A DNA stretch of 64,000 nucleotides from Acidimicrobiia bacterium (GCA_041576165.1 JBFGLM010000003.1:64001-128000); one strand, 5' to 3'; counted from the first letter of the stretch, positions 37,631 to 47,427 are shown. The notes: generated from the letters alone by a model not told the origin. Made by a program: numbers and translations.

Positions 37631-39298
37631 TCACCACGGGAGGCCGTAGACCACTCCGTTTGCGCCGTCAACGGCGAGGCCCCAGTCGGTCGTTATGTGT
37701 TCGAGCGACGAGCCCACCAGGTCCTCGATTCGGGTAGCTGCCAGAGCAGGGATTGCCAGGGCACGAGCCGATTCGAACAAATGCGCGGCCGGACCCCCAC
37801 CGGTCGTGATCAAGGCCGACGCGTCGAACAACAGCGCCCCCAAGCCGGGTTCGGGATATATGCCGACGACTACGTCGCGGGGCCGAAAGCCTTCCGCCCT
37901 GGCCGGTTCCGGCACGATGCACATTCGTCCGAAGGCGATCCCGTGCGAGGCAGACGTCCCGGAGACCATCGCCCCATGGGCTGCGACAACCGCAGCGTTG
38001 AAGGGATCCCACCGGTCAAACCCGATGCGGCCGCGGAGCCTCGGCTCCCGCTTCCCGCTCAAGAGCTGTCGTGCCGTTCCGGCATCGACATGGCCCGCCA
38101 GTCCCGGGTGAGTAACCGCTCCAATCTCAACGAGACTGGTGCGCACGGTGGCGAGGGCGGCGAGTGCGTCTTCCGCCCGCGCCCGGTCGGGTGGGGTCAG
38201 GCGGGCGATCACAGCCAGAGCCGGGCCGGGATCGGGTCCACGGAGGTCGCGCAAACACTTGGCAGCCGTGGCCGCAGCATCCGGCTTGGGCAATCCCCAC
38301 ACTTCGGCTGCCAGAGCTTGTCCTTGGGCGGTCGCGTGGTGCAGGCTCTCTGCCGGGTCGAGCCGAGCCGGTTGAGCATCGACGGCGGCCAGCTCGGGAT
38401 CTCCGATCGCCCACGGCAGCACCAGTTGCTCGCCGAGCGGCCCCGGGTATCGCCGGATGAGGCGGCCCAGTCGCGCCGCCAAATCGGTGGTGAGCGGATC
38501 GGGGATGGCGAGCCGGCCGGACGGTGCGGTCTCGACCAACTTGTGCAGTTGCAGCAACCACACTTCGTCAGCTGCCATCGCCCACTCGCAGCTGTTGGCC
38601 CCCACCATGTCGCGAGCGTCGGTCAGCGCGCCCGCGACAGCCCGGAGACGGCGCTCGCCCATCAGTTGAAGCGCTTCTTCGCCGCGCACCGCCTCGCCCG
38701 CGACCCGGGCCTGTACCCCCGGCTCCCAGCCCTGCACGAGCGGCGCGGGCGATCCTTTGACGGCCGTCACCACTACCCCGTCACCGGTGACGCGGGCGGT
38801 TCCACCGAAGTCCGGGTCGAGCGCGGGCTGGACGAGCACCGCCATGCCGGCGCGCTGCGGCGAGATTCCGGCCGCGTTGAATCGCTCGAGTGCGTGCTGG
38901 GTGAACATGGATGCGTAGCAACCGAGCACGGCCTTTGGCGCTTCGCCCCGGTGCACATCCAGGTAGGAGGTGAACGCACCCGACCACTCGCCCGATCCCT
39001 CCAACAGACTCGACGAGCGGACCACCATGGGCACACTGAACCCGGCCGTTGCGCGTTCCAACTCGATGGCGAGGGCGCCGTCCAGCTCGGAAGAAGTGAT
39101 CGTCATCCTGGCCCGCCCGGAGTTGTGACGTTCGAGCTGCTCGCACCCGGCGGCGATGAATGATCTCGATACCGCAGTCGGAACCACGACGCCGGGCAGC
39201 ACCGCGAGCCCCGCTTGCCGGCCCTTGGCGAGCCACGCCGCCTTCGCCCCGCCGATGGCCGGGTCGAGGGTCTGACGGTCATCGAGGGTCAGCAGCAC
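37631..39298 (-). CDS. PEP/pyruvate-binding (ATP-grasp) plus PEP-utiliser His-domain protein (dikinase-like)
   Basis: GGAKAAWL, VVRSSSLLE...GAFTSYL, MAVLVQ and the C-terminal TTGGGPAAHLFESARAL. Confidence 0.75.
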   Translation of the reverse strand: MLLTLDDRQTLDPAIGGAKAAWLAKGRQAGLAVLPGVVVPTAVSRSFIAAGCEQLERHNSGRARMTITSSELDGALAIELERATAGFSVPMVVRSSSLLEGSGEWSGAFTSYLDVHRGEAPKAVLGCYASMFTQHALERFNAAGISPQRAGMAVLVQPALDPDFGGTARVTGDGVVVTAVKGSPAPLVQGWEPGVQARVAGEAVRGEEALQLMGERRLRAVAGALTDARDMVGANSCEWAMAADEVWLLQLHKLVETAPSGRLAIPDPLTTDLAARLGRLIRRYPGPLGEQLVLPWAIGDPELAAVDAQPARLDPAESLHHATAQGQALAAEVWGLPKPDAAATAAKCLRDLRGPDPGPALAVIARLTPPDRARAEDALAALATVRTSLVEIGAVTHPGLAGHVDAGTARQLLSGKREPRLRGRIGFDRWDPFNAAVVAAHGAMVSGTSASHGIAFGRMCIVPEPARAEGFRPRDVVVGIYPEPGLGALLFDASALITTGGGPAAHLFESARALAIPALAATRIEDLVGSSLEHITTDWGLAVDGANGVVYGLPW

Positions 39299-39317
39299 CG
39301 CGACGATCCTTCCGACA

Positions 39318-39354
39318 AACGTGCGCCGCCACCCGTTGGGCGGCGGCGCACGTT
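39318..39354 (-). terminator. Strong hairpin downstream of the M24 gene
   Basis: AACGTGCGCCGCC...GGCGGCGCACGTT forms a 13-bp stem, with only a short T-run on the minus strand. Confidence 0.55.
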
Positions 39355-39370
39355 CTCCCTCCCCAGGGTC

Positions 39371-40609
39371 TCAGTCCGTGGCGATGATCTCGTGTTGTTT
39401 GTACGTCGAGACCATCTCGTAGCCGGTCTTGGTGACGTAGAGCATCTCCTCCAGACGCACGCCATGGTCGTGCAGCTTGCCGTTCTGGGTCTCCAGGGCG
39501 AAGGTCATACCTTCTTGGATCTCGACCGGGTGGTCGAGGGACCAAATGCGGGAGATCACCGGCGGGTCATACTGGGCCAGACCGAGGCCATGTCCCCAGT
39601 TGTTGGCGGCCGCCTGGTCCTCTTCCTCGTAACCCCATTGTTCCTGGGCGGACGGCCATTTTGCCGCTACATCGGCTGTGGTGACTCCCGGTTTCACCAT
39701 CTCGATCGAGTCCCACAACCACTGGTGGGCGGCGTCATAGGTGGCCTGGTGCTCGTCGGTCGGCTTGCCGCCAACGCAGTAGGTGCGGTAGACGCACGAC
39801 TTGAAGCCGTTCCAGGTCAGTGCGGCCAGGTCGATGATGACGAGCTCGCCGGGGCGGATCATCCGGTCGGAGAAGTTGCGCCAGTTCGGCCAGGCGTTGG
39901 GGCCGGATGAGACGATGACGTCTTCGACGTCCTCCATACCGGGTATGGAGTAGAGCTTTTCGAATCCGAACGCAGCGACCTCGTTCTCGGTCAGGCCCGG
40001 TTTGATGAAGTTCGTGATTTCGTAATGAACGTAATCACAGATCGCGCCGACGATCGAGAAGGCTTTGATCTCGTCCGGGCTCTTGATGGCGCGGGCGTTC
40101 ATCATCGGACTCATGCCATCGGTCCATTCGACCCCACGACGTTCGAATTCGCGAATCAGATTGATGTCGATGAAGTCGACGCCCAGCGGCTTGTCGGACA
40201 CGCCGGCATCCTCGAGGTCGTTGGCCAGCGCGTCGACAAACTTGTTGACCTGCTGGTCGGCGGCCGGCCCGACCGCGCCTTTGATCCAAGCGTAGGAGTA
40301 ACGGATGTTCTCCTTCGGGATCCACGGATTGTGGACTTCTAGGTGAAACCCAATGTCACCCTGTTCGTACACGATCGGAGGCTTGCCGGCAGGAAGAACC
40401 ACGTAGCGGAGGCCCGGCTTGAGGCGGTTCCAGCCGGGGGTGAGGGTGGAGGAGACGTAGCGCATGTTCTCGTCGTAGAACAACAACAGGGCTCCCAAAC
40501 CCGCTTTCTCCATCTCGGCGTGAGCCCGTTTCAGCCGCCAGTCACGGACGTCGGCCCAGTTGATGCCTTCTTTCCAGTCGGTGCTCAGCCCGAAAAACGC
40601 TTCCCTCAT
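39371..40609 (-). CDS. M24-family (Xaa-Pro peptidase/creatinase fold) metallohydrolase
   Basis: ENMRY, IIDL...FKSC, GHGLG, ALET and RLEEM motifs. Confidence 0.85.
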   Translation of the reverse strand: MREAFFGLSTDWKEGINWADVRDWRLKRAHAEMEKAGLGALLLFYDENMRYVSSTLTPGWNRLKPGLRYVVLPAGKPPIVYEQGDIGFHLEVHNPWIPKENIRYSYAWIKGAVGPAADQQVNKFVDALANDLEDAGVSDKPLGVDFIDINLIREFERRGVEWTDGMSPMMNARAIKSPDEIKAFSIVGAICDYVHYEITNFIKPGLTENEVAAFGFEKLYSIPGMEDVEDVIVSSGPNAWPNWRNFSDRMIRPGELVIIDLAALTWNGFKSCVYRTYCVGGKPTDEHQATYDAAHQWLWDSIEMVKPGVTTADVAAKWPSAQEQWGYEEEDQAAANNWGHGLGLAQYDPPVISRIWSLDHPVEIQEGMTFALETQNGKLHDHGVRLEEMLYVTKTGYEMVSTYKQHEIIATD

Positions 40610-40642
40610 GTAGTTCCCTTCCTCCTCTGTTGGCGAACCTTG

Positions 40643-40675
40643 GGCTGGTGGGTGCCCTCGGAGGCACCCACAGCC
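40643..40675 (-). terminator. Intergenic stem-loop
   Basis: GTGGGTGCC-ctcgga-GGCACCCAC, extended by GGCT/AGCC pairing. Confidence 0.45.
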
Positions 40676-40693
40676 GGAAGTCGAGGCGTGCCG

Positions 40694-41920
40694 TCAGCCA
40701 ATGATCGACTGGGCAACCGTCACGAACTCGTCGTTGTCCAGCAGACCTTTCTTCTCCAGCGACTTCGCCTTGACGGCCATGAGGACTTCCATCAACTGAT
40801 CCTCGTCTGCGGCGGACATACCGTTGCGGTCCAGCCAGATCGCCACTGAATCGAGGCCGGATCCCTTCCCGAGCACGATCTCGGGGGCCGATTGGCCGAC
40901 CAGCTCGGGCCGGAACGGGAATGCCTCAGTCATGTCGGCGTCTCCGACATTGTGTACCCAGGTGGCGATGATGCCCGACTCGACGTTGAAGAGGCGGTCA
41001 CCCACGATCGCCCGGTTGGACGGCATCGTGACTCCGGCCATCTTCAAGACTTCGTCCGAGATCTTCTTGAAATGCTCGGTCTTGATCCCGGTGTCGATCC
41101 CGTACATGGTCAGCAACGCCAGGATGGTTTCTTCAGTCGGGGTGTTGCCCGAGCGTTCGCCCAGCCCGGTCACGGTCGTCTGCACGACTTCGACACCTTC
41201 GGTGACCGCCAGGATCGTGTTGGCCACGCCCATGCCGAAGTCCATGTGAAAGTGAGTTTCGAGCGGGACGTCTAACGCTTCTTTCGTCTTGCGAGCGAAG
41301 AAGGAAACTGCATGGGGGGAGAGCACGCCGAATGTGTCGACCAAAGCCACCGCGTCCACATGCCCTTCGCTCGCCACAGTCGTGATCATGTTCAGGTACT
41401 CGGTGATCGAGGCCCGGGTGGCGTCGATCGGGAAGAACGTCACCTTCAGGTCGTGTTCTTTGGCGTACTGGGTAGCCGCAATCGACGACTCGAGGGCCCG
41501 TTCCACCGGCCACTTGTAGGCCTTCTCGATCAGATGATGGCTGGAGGGGATCTCCATCACGACGCCTTTGGCGCCGCAGTCGATGGCCAGCTGAACGTCG
41601 CTGATCATGCACCGGGCGAATGCATACACCTCGGTGTCCCCGAGGTCCTCCGAAGCGATCGCCCGCACCGCCGCCTCATCGGCCGGCGAGACGGCGGGCA
41701 ACCCGGCCTCGATCCGGTGGATCCCCGCCTCTGCCAGCATCGACGCGATCCGGACCTTCTCGTCGGCCGTGAACTCGACTCCGGCCTGCTGCTCGCCGTC
41801 GCGAAGGGTCACGTCGTGGACTTTCACCGTCTCGGGAAGATTGAAGGCATCGGCGATCTCGGGCAGATAGTTCCACGGGCTGGAGAACCACTTGTCGGTC
41901 TTCCACGGTTCATTGGCCAA
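40694..41920 (-). CDS. DRE-TIM metallolyase (homocitrate/isopropylmalate synthase-like, HMGL-like)
   Basis: HDVTLRDGEQ, HFHMDFG and GLGERSGN; no LeuA regulatory domain; TTG start with a GGAGG RBS. Confidence 0.85.
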   Translation of the reverse strand: MANEPWKTDKWFSSPWNYLPEIADAFNLPETVKVHDVTLRDGEQQAGVEFTADEKVRIASMLAEAGIHRIEAGLPAVSPADEAAVRAIASEDLGDTEVYAFARCMISDVQLAIDCGAKGVVMEIPSSHHLIEKAYKWPVERALESSIAATQYAKEHDLKVTFFPIDATRASITEYLNMITTVASEGHVDAVALVDTFGVLSPHAVSFFARKTKEALDVPLETHFHMDFGMGVANTILAVTEGVEVVQTTVTGLGERSGNTPTEETILALLTMYGIDTGIKTEHFKKISDEVLKMAGVTMPSNRAIVGDRLFNVESGIIATWVHNVGDADMTEAFPFRPELVGQSAPEIVLGKGSGLDSVAIWLDRNGMSAADEDQLMEVLMAVKAKSLEKKGLLDNDEFVTVAQSIIG

Positions 41921-41946
41921 AACGAGCCTCCCTCCGTCAGCGACTT

Positions 41947-41962
41947 TGCATCATATACGATC
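41947..41962. promoter_or_regulatory. Putative GntR operator
   Basis: TGCATCATATACGATC upstream of the DRE-TIM gene. Confidence 0.65.
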
Positions 41963-42061
41963 AGTCCAGAGAGTCCCCGGTCGGGGGCGGATTTCTCCTT
42001 GCGTTGGCCGCAGGGTGCAGCCTCTCACCAGTGCACCGGGCGAGATGGCTGTTCCGTGCCC

Positions 42062-42859
42062 TCACCTGCGTCGCAAGCCGAGGAACGGCCCGATTGCGTG
42101 CAGAAACCCTTCCGGATCTTGTAGCTGCGGTCCATGGGCGATCCCGTCGAGCTCCACATAGGTGCTGGACGGGATCAGCTCGTGCAGCTGGCGGCCCATC
42201 GCCGGAGGCGTGGCGGCGTCTTCGGAACCGACCACTACCAGCGCCGGATTGGCGATCTGGGCGACCGCGTCGAAGTAGTTGACCTTCGACAACGCTTCGC
42301 AGGCGCGTTGCAGCGCCACTACGTCGGTCCGGAGCAGCACCTCCCGCCGCTCCTCGTACTCCTCGGGATGGGCCGCCAAATAGTCCTCTGGGAAGACTCG
42401 GCGGATGGCCACGTCCACGACTCCGGCCATGCCGTGCTCGGCTGCGGCCGCCGCCATGCCGTGAAAGGCCGGCTTGGCCTCATCAGGAAATCCCGGTCCC
42501 GCGCCGACGATGACCATCTTCCCAAATCTCTCGCCGTGTCTGATCGCCGTGGCAAGTGCCACGAAACCACCGAGACCGTTGCCGAGCACGATCGTGTCTC
42601 GGTCGAAGCCGGCTGCCTCGATCAGACCGCCGATCACGTCCCCATAGGCGTCCATGGAGGGAGGCTGGAGGTCGGTCTCGCCGAAGCCCGGGAGGTCGAC
42701 CGCGTGCACCCGGAACTGTCGGGCCAGAGCCGGGACCACGCGATAGAAAACGTCGCGGTCCGACAGGAGCGAATGCAGGAGGAGGAGGTTTGGGCCTATA
42801 TCGCCTGTTGATGCCAGCGACACCCGACCGGCCGGCGTTTCCAGTGTTCGCTCGTTCAT
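42062..42859 (-). CDS. Alpha/beta-fold hydrolase lacking the nucleophilic Ser
   Basis: LLHSL, DLPGFG, elbow GNGLGG, GSEDAAT and IAHGP. Confidence 0.85.
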   Translation of the reverse strand: MNERTLETPAGRVSLASTGDIGPNLLLLHSLLSDRDVFYRVVPALARQFRVHAVDLPGFGETDLQPPSMDAYGDVIGGLIEAAGFDRDTIVLGNGLGGFVALATAIRHGERFGKMVIVGAGPGFPDEAKPAFHGMAAAAAEHGMAGVVDVAIRRVFPEDYLAAHPEEYEERREVLLRTDVVALQRACEALSKVNYFDAVAQIANPALVVVGSEDAATPPAMGRQLHELIPSSTYVELDGIAHGPQLQDPEGFLHAIGPFLGLRRR

Positions 42860-43064
42860 GGTCGCTCACGCTACTGATTCCGTCCGACGCCCGGCCGGGT
42901 GGGCGGGGAGCAATCCTCCAGGGCCGGCGGCCGAGTTTCGTGTTGTCGACATTTCGAAGTCTGCGAGTCGGCGCCTGGCGCATATCAACCGAGCCGTCAT
43001 CCGGGGTGGAGCCTCCGAACTGATCAAAGTGAGCCCGCCTCTACAGCCACGGCGAACCGCGACT

Positions 43065-44414
43065 TCAGCCCTCGGTCAGCCCGGGCCCGGGGATGAACGT
43101 ACCCGCCCGCGAGTTGTGGGCGCGGCCATCGTGGGCGATCTCCACGCCGCCCAGGTAGGTGGATACCGACCGCCCTCGGAACGTGCGCCCGCGGTAGGGA
43201 CTCCACCCGGCCTTTGACCACAAGTCCGTCTGGTCGACGGTCCAGGATCCGGACGGATCGATCAGCACGAAATCGGCGTCGGCCCCTTCGCCCAGGTGAC
43301 CCTTGCGGGGAAACAGGCCATATTGGCGGGCAGGTGCCTCGCTGTAGAGACGCGCCACATCGGATATGGCGAGGGTGCCCGCCAGGGCTGCGTCGATCAG
43401 GAACGGGAACGTTGTGTCCAGCCCGGGCAAACCGAACGGGGCCTCCCAGATGTCGCTCGCCAGCTTCTGTTCCATCGTCGAAGGAGCGTGATCGGTCGAG
43501 AAGTGGGAGTAGACGCCGGCCCGCACGAGGTCCCACATCGTCGCCTCCTCCTCGTCAGACCGGATGCGGGCGGGAGGCGTGAATTTCCGTAGCGCCCCAT
43601 GCTCCAACACCTCGTCTTCCCGCAGAGTCAGGTACTGCGGACACGCTTCGGCCGCCACCTGGGTGCCGCGCGCCCGCACGTCCGCCAGCACAGCAGCCAC
43701 GGGTGGGCTGCTCACATGTGCGATCGTGGCGCGGACCCCGGTGGCTGAGATCAGTGCGGCCGCGGCGGCAGTTGCTACCAGCTCGGCCTCGCGGTTGCGC
43801 CACTCCAACAAGATGCCATTGTCGGATCGCCCGGATTCCTTCAGCGCGCGCTCTGCCACTGCCGTGATCGATTCGTCCTCGCAGTGGATCAGCGTGACGG
43901 CGCCCGCGGCGGCCACCGCTCGCAGCGCGGCCAGCAGGTGGGCCGGGTCCAACCCGGGCACTCCGTGGGTCGTACACGTGAAGATCTTGAAAAAGGCTAC
44001 GCCGGCTCGCCACAGATCTCCGATGTGTTCGATGCGGTCGGGCCAGGTATGCGCTGCGAGGGCATAGTCGACATTGGATCGTCCCACTAGGTGCGACTTC
44101 TTCTCGGCCAGATCGGCAACCTCGCGAACGGGGTGTCCATGGGTGTGCTCGATGATGGTCGTGACACCTCGTGCTGCGGCGGCGGCGGTGCCGGACGGGA
44201 AGTCTTCCCGGGACGTCTCGCCGGGATCCATCAAATGGACATGGGTGTCGACGCCGCCGGGCAGGATGTAGAGGTCGGTGGCGTCGATGGTGCGATCGCC
44301 GCGAGGCAGATCTACCCCGAAACCGGCCACCTTGCCGTCCTGGACGAGCAGGTCGGCCCGACGGGTGCCGGTGCCGGAGACAATCGTTCCGCCGGATACA
44401 ACGATGTCAGTCAT
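43065..44414 (-). CDS. Cyclic amidohydrolase (dihydroorotase/allantoinase/hydantoinase family)
   Basis: DTHVH, FFKIF, IHCE, AHVS and TDHAP; start ATG 44414. Confidence 0.88.
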   Translation of the reverse strand: MTDIVVSGGTIVSGTGTRRADLLVQDGKVAGFGVDLPRGDRTIDATDLYILPGGVDTHVHLMDPGETSREDFPSGTAAAAARGVTTIIEHTHGHPVREVADLAEKKSHLVGRSNVDYALAAHTWPDRIEHIGDLWRAGVAFFKIFTCTTHGVPGLDPAHLLAALRAVAAAGAVTLIHCEDESITAVAERALKESGRSDNGILLEWRNREAELVATAAAAALISATGVRATIAHVSSPPVAAVLADVRARGTQVAAEACPQYLTLREDEVLEHGALRKFTPPARIRSDEEEATMWDLVRAGVYSHFSTDHAPSTMEQKLASDIWEAPFGLPGLDTTFPFLIDAALAGTLAISDVARLYSEAPARQYGLFPRKGHLGEGADADFVLIDPSGSWTVDQTDLWSKAGWSPYRGRTFRGRSVSTYLGGVEIAHDGRAHNSRAGTFIPGPGLTEG

Positions 44415-44430
44415 GGGCGACCTCCCGGTC

Positions 44431-44446
44431 TGCACAATATATGATC
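44431..44446. promoter_or_regulatory. Putative GntR operator in a divergent promoter
   Basis: TGCACAATATATGATC. Confidence 0.55.
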
Positions 44447-44469
44447 CGGTCCGGACAGGAGGTTTCGAG

Positions 44470-45456
44470 ATGACAGTCGGGCTCGGATTGGTCGGGACCG
44501 GATGGTGGGGCAAAGCACTGACAGAGGCTGCTGCTACGTCGGGAGAGGCCAGAGTCGCGGCGTGTTTCGCCCGCACCAAGGAAAGCCGGGACGCGTTCGC
44601 CGCCGAGTACGACTGCGTGGCCGCCGATAGCTTGGAGCAGCTGTTGGCCGATCCGGCTGTCGAGGGGGTGATGATCGCCACCGCCCACGCCAGCCACCTC
44701 GAGCTGATCGAAGCCGCGGCAGCCGCCGGCAAGCCCATCTTTGTCGAGAAGCCGCTCACCCTCACCGTGGAGGAAGGCCGCAAAGCTGTCGCCGCCGCCG
44801 AAGCCGCCGGCGTTCCGTTGCAGGTCGGGCACCAACGCCGCCGTACGGCGGCCAACCGGGCGATCAAGAAGATGATCGATGCCGGCGAGTTGGGAGAGAT
44901 CCAGGCGATAGAGACCAACCAGTCCGTTCCCAACGCGCAGAAGCATCCGGAAACCGCGTGGCGCCGCGTCCGGGCCGAGAGCCCGCTGGGCGGCATGACC
45001 TCATTGGGCGTTCACAAGATCGACACGATGCACTACTTCGTCGGGCCCATGAAGCGGGTGTTCACGTTTACCAAGAACACCATGGAGAAGCCGGAGATGG
45101 ACGAAGCGACCGTGGTCGCTGTTGAGTTCGAGAGCGGGGCGCTCGGAACCCTGATCACGTCTTTCGTGGTGCCGGTCATCTCACGGATCAGCGTGTACGG
45201 GTACAAGGGCACAGCTCACAACGAAGCCGACGGGACCAGGCTCCTGACCCAGACGATCGAGGGCGGTCCGGTCCGTACGGAAGTCGAGCTGGAACCGGTC
45301 GATCCCATTGCCGAACAGCTCGCCGAATTCGCTCGGGTGGTTCGGGGCGAGGGCTCGCCTGAGACCGGTGGGCGGGAAGGTCTGGCCGTGGTCTCGGCCA
45401 TGGAGGCCATGATCCGCAGCGCCGAAGAGGACCGGCCGGTAACGGTGGAGTACTGA
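44470..45456 (+). CDS. Gfo/Idh/MocA family oxidoreductase
   Basis: GTGWWG and FVEKP motifs; ATG 44470 has an AGGAGG RBS. Confidence 0.9.
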   Translation: MTVGLGLVGTGWWGKALTEAAATSGEARVAACFARTKESRDAFAAEYDCVAADSLEQLLADPAVEGVMIATAHASHLELIEAAAAAGKPIFVEKPLTLTVEEGRKAVAAAEAAGVPLQVGHQRRRTAANRAIKKMIDAGELGEIQAIETNQSVPNAQKHPETAWRRVRAESPLGGMTSLGVHKIDTMHYFVGPMKRVFTFTKNTMEKPEMDEATVVAVEFESGALGTLITSFVVPVISRISVYGYKGTAHNEADGTRLLTQTIEGGPVRTEVELEPVDPIAEQLAEFARVVRGEGSPETGGREGLAVVSAMEAMIRSAEEDRPVTVEY

Positions 45457-45489
45457 CGGACGGGCCGCAGCCATGTTGGGGATGGTCGG

Positions 45490-46497
45490 TCAGGACTCGT
45501 CCACCGTCATCAGCACCTTGAGAGAGCTGGTGTCTTGGACGGCCTCGAAGGCGCCGGCGGCTTCCTCCAGACTGAAGCGATGTGTCACGATTGGCTCGAC
45601 GTCAAGCGCCCCGTCCGCGACCAGCTTGACCCCCCGTTCGTAGTCGGCGGGCATGGCCGCCCGCGGATTGTGGATCGTCAATTCCTTGAAATAGAACTGG
45701 TAGTAGGGGAGACCTTCGCTGCCGCCGGTCAGCGTCCCGAAAACGAGAACCTCGCCGCCGACTTTCGTGAGGTCGATGGTTTGGGCCAATGTGGCCTCGG
45801 TGCCGGCCGCTTCCAGGCCGAGATCGGCACCGAGTCCACCGGTCACCTCATCGACCAGCCGCCGGGCATCGTCGGGGGCCCCCACCACATCGGCGCCCAT
45901 GTCGGCGGCAATGTCGCGTTTCCACTCCGAGCGGTTGATACCGATCACCGTCACGCCTCGTTGCTTGAGCAGTTGAACCATCAGCAAGCCGGCGACTCCC
46001 AGGCCAACGACCACCACGACGTCGCCGGGAAACACGTTGACGGCACGCTGGGCGTGGACAACCGTTCCTAACACCTGGAGTATGCCGCTGGCAGTCGCTC
46101 CAACCGAGTCGGGCACCGGGATGAGCCGCTCCTCCGGCACTCGCACGTATTTGGCGAACACACCGTCGACTTCGCGGCCCATCAGCCCGCCATTCAGGCA
46201 GATGTGGGGCCGCCCGGCCCGGCACATCGGACAGTGCCCGCACGCCATCGCCGGGTCGACCAGGACGCGCTGGCCGGCTGTGGTGATGGCCAGCTCCCCG
46301 GGCTCCACCACAGTGGCGATCGCCTCGTGTCCCATGGTGAGCGGACGTGGGGTCGCGATCGACCCTTTGAAGACCTTGACGTCGGTGCCGCAGATTCCGA
46401 CCGTTTTGACTTCCAGCAGGGCCCCTGATCCGGGCCCCGGTTCGGGAGCGTCAACGACCGCCAGTTCGCTGTCTCCGATGACCTGTACCGCTCGCAT
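45490..46497 (-). CDS. Zn-dependent alcohol/threonine dehydrogenase-family (MDR) enzyme
   Basis: GICGTD, GHE, CGHCPMC...C and GLGVAG motifs. Confidence 0.9.
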   Translation of the reverse strand: MRAVQVIGDSELAVVDAPEPGPGSGALLEVKTVGICGTDVKVFKGSIATPRPLTMGHEAIATVVEPGELAITTAGQRVLVDPAMACGHCPMCRAGRPHICLNGGLMGREVDGVFAKYVRVPEERLIPVPDSVGATASGILQVLGTVVHAQRAVNVFPGDVVVVVGLGVAGLLMVQLLKQRGVTVIGINRSEWKRDIAADMGADVVGAPDDARRLVDEVTGGLGADLGLEAAGTEATLAQTIDLTKVGGEVLVFGTLTGGSEGLPYYQFYFKELTIHNPRAAMPADYERGVKLVADGALDVEPIVTHRFSLEEAAGAFEAVQDTSSLKVLMTVDES

Positions 46498-46571
46498 GCC
46501 ACTCCTTGGTCTACGGCGAGCATGATATGCAAATGGTGCGGCCGCCGGCCCGTCGGTAATGTCGCCCCGCC

Positions 46572-47378
46572 ATGTCCGATGACGCAGGAACCGAAACGGT
46601 GGTCGAGGTGGTGGGAGCCACCGTGATGAAGGCCGGACGGCAGCTCATCACCGATGTCGACTGGACGATCCGCCGCGGCGAGCGCTGGGTGCTCTTCGGC
46701 GCGAACGGATCGGGCAAGACCACTCTGCTCAACGTCGTGTCCACCTATCAATTCCCGGCCCGCGGCACCGTTCGAGTGTTCGGGAAGCAGCTGGGCCGCA
46801 CCGATGTTCGGGAGCTCCGCCCGCGGATCGGATACGTCGGGCCGGCCCCAGCTGCGCTCGTCCGCTCATATCTGAAGAGTCGCGACATCGTCGTGACGGG
46901 AAAGCACGCGGCCTTTGTCGACACCCGTTGGCACACGTATACCGACGCCGATTGGATCGCTGCGGATCGTCATCTCGAAACGCTCCAGGCCACCCAGCTG
47001 GCAGCCCGGGAATTCGCCAATCTGTCGGAGGGCGAGAAAAAGCGTGTGCTGATCGCCCGGGCACTCATGGCCAACCCCGAGCTCCTCCTGCTGGACGAGC
47101 CCGGCGCCGGCCTCGACCTGGGAGCTCGAGAACGGCTCGTGGCGTCGCTGGCCGCGCTCGCCCACGATCCCGACGCGCCCACCGTGATCCTGGTGACCCA
47201 CCACGTGGAGGAGATTCCGCCCGGGTTCAGCCAGGTGCTGACGCTGGCCGGTGGTCGGGTCGTTGCGTCGGGGCCGATCGAAGAGGTGCTCAACAGCGCC
47301 ACGTTGTCGGAGGCGTACGCCATGCCGCTCAAGCTGGAACGTTCGGGCGATCGGTACCGGGCGTGGGGGGATATCTGA
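46572..47378 (+). CDS. ABC ATP-binding protein (ModF/YlmA-like)
   Basis: GANGSGKT, LSEGEKKR, LLDEP and VTHHVEEIP motifs. Confidence 0.85.
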   Translation: MSDDAGTETVVEVVGATVMKAGRQLITDVDWTIRRGERWVLFGANGSGKTTLLNVVSTYQFPARGTVRVFGKQLGRTDVRELRPRIGYVGPAPAALVRSYLKSRDIVVTGKHAAFVDTRWHTYTDADWIAADRHLETLQATQLAAREFANLSEGEKKRVLIARALMANPELLLLDEPGAGLDLGARERLVASLAALAHDPDAPTVILVTHHVEEIPPGFSQVLTLAGGRVVASGPIEEVLNSATLSEAYAMPLKLERSGDRYRAWGDI

Positions 47379-47427
47379 TCGGCGCCCCGGCTTGCGATAC
47401 GCTGGACGGGCCGACGGAGAGCAGCTG

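Noticed and set aside
37697-39163. 488-aa plus-strand ORF
   Set aside because: It is an antisense shadow of the dikinase-like gene.
44415-44996. N-terminal extension of the amidohydrolase (643-aa ORF)
   Set aside because: It overlaps the divergent Gfo/Idh/MocA gene; the real start is ATG 44414. The extensions of ORFs 19131-21209 and 62839-63969 are rejected on similar overlap grounds.
46519-46534. Additional GntR-motif copy (AGCATGATATGCAAAT)
   Set aside because: It has too many mismatches to the consensus, so it is possible but unsupported.
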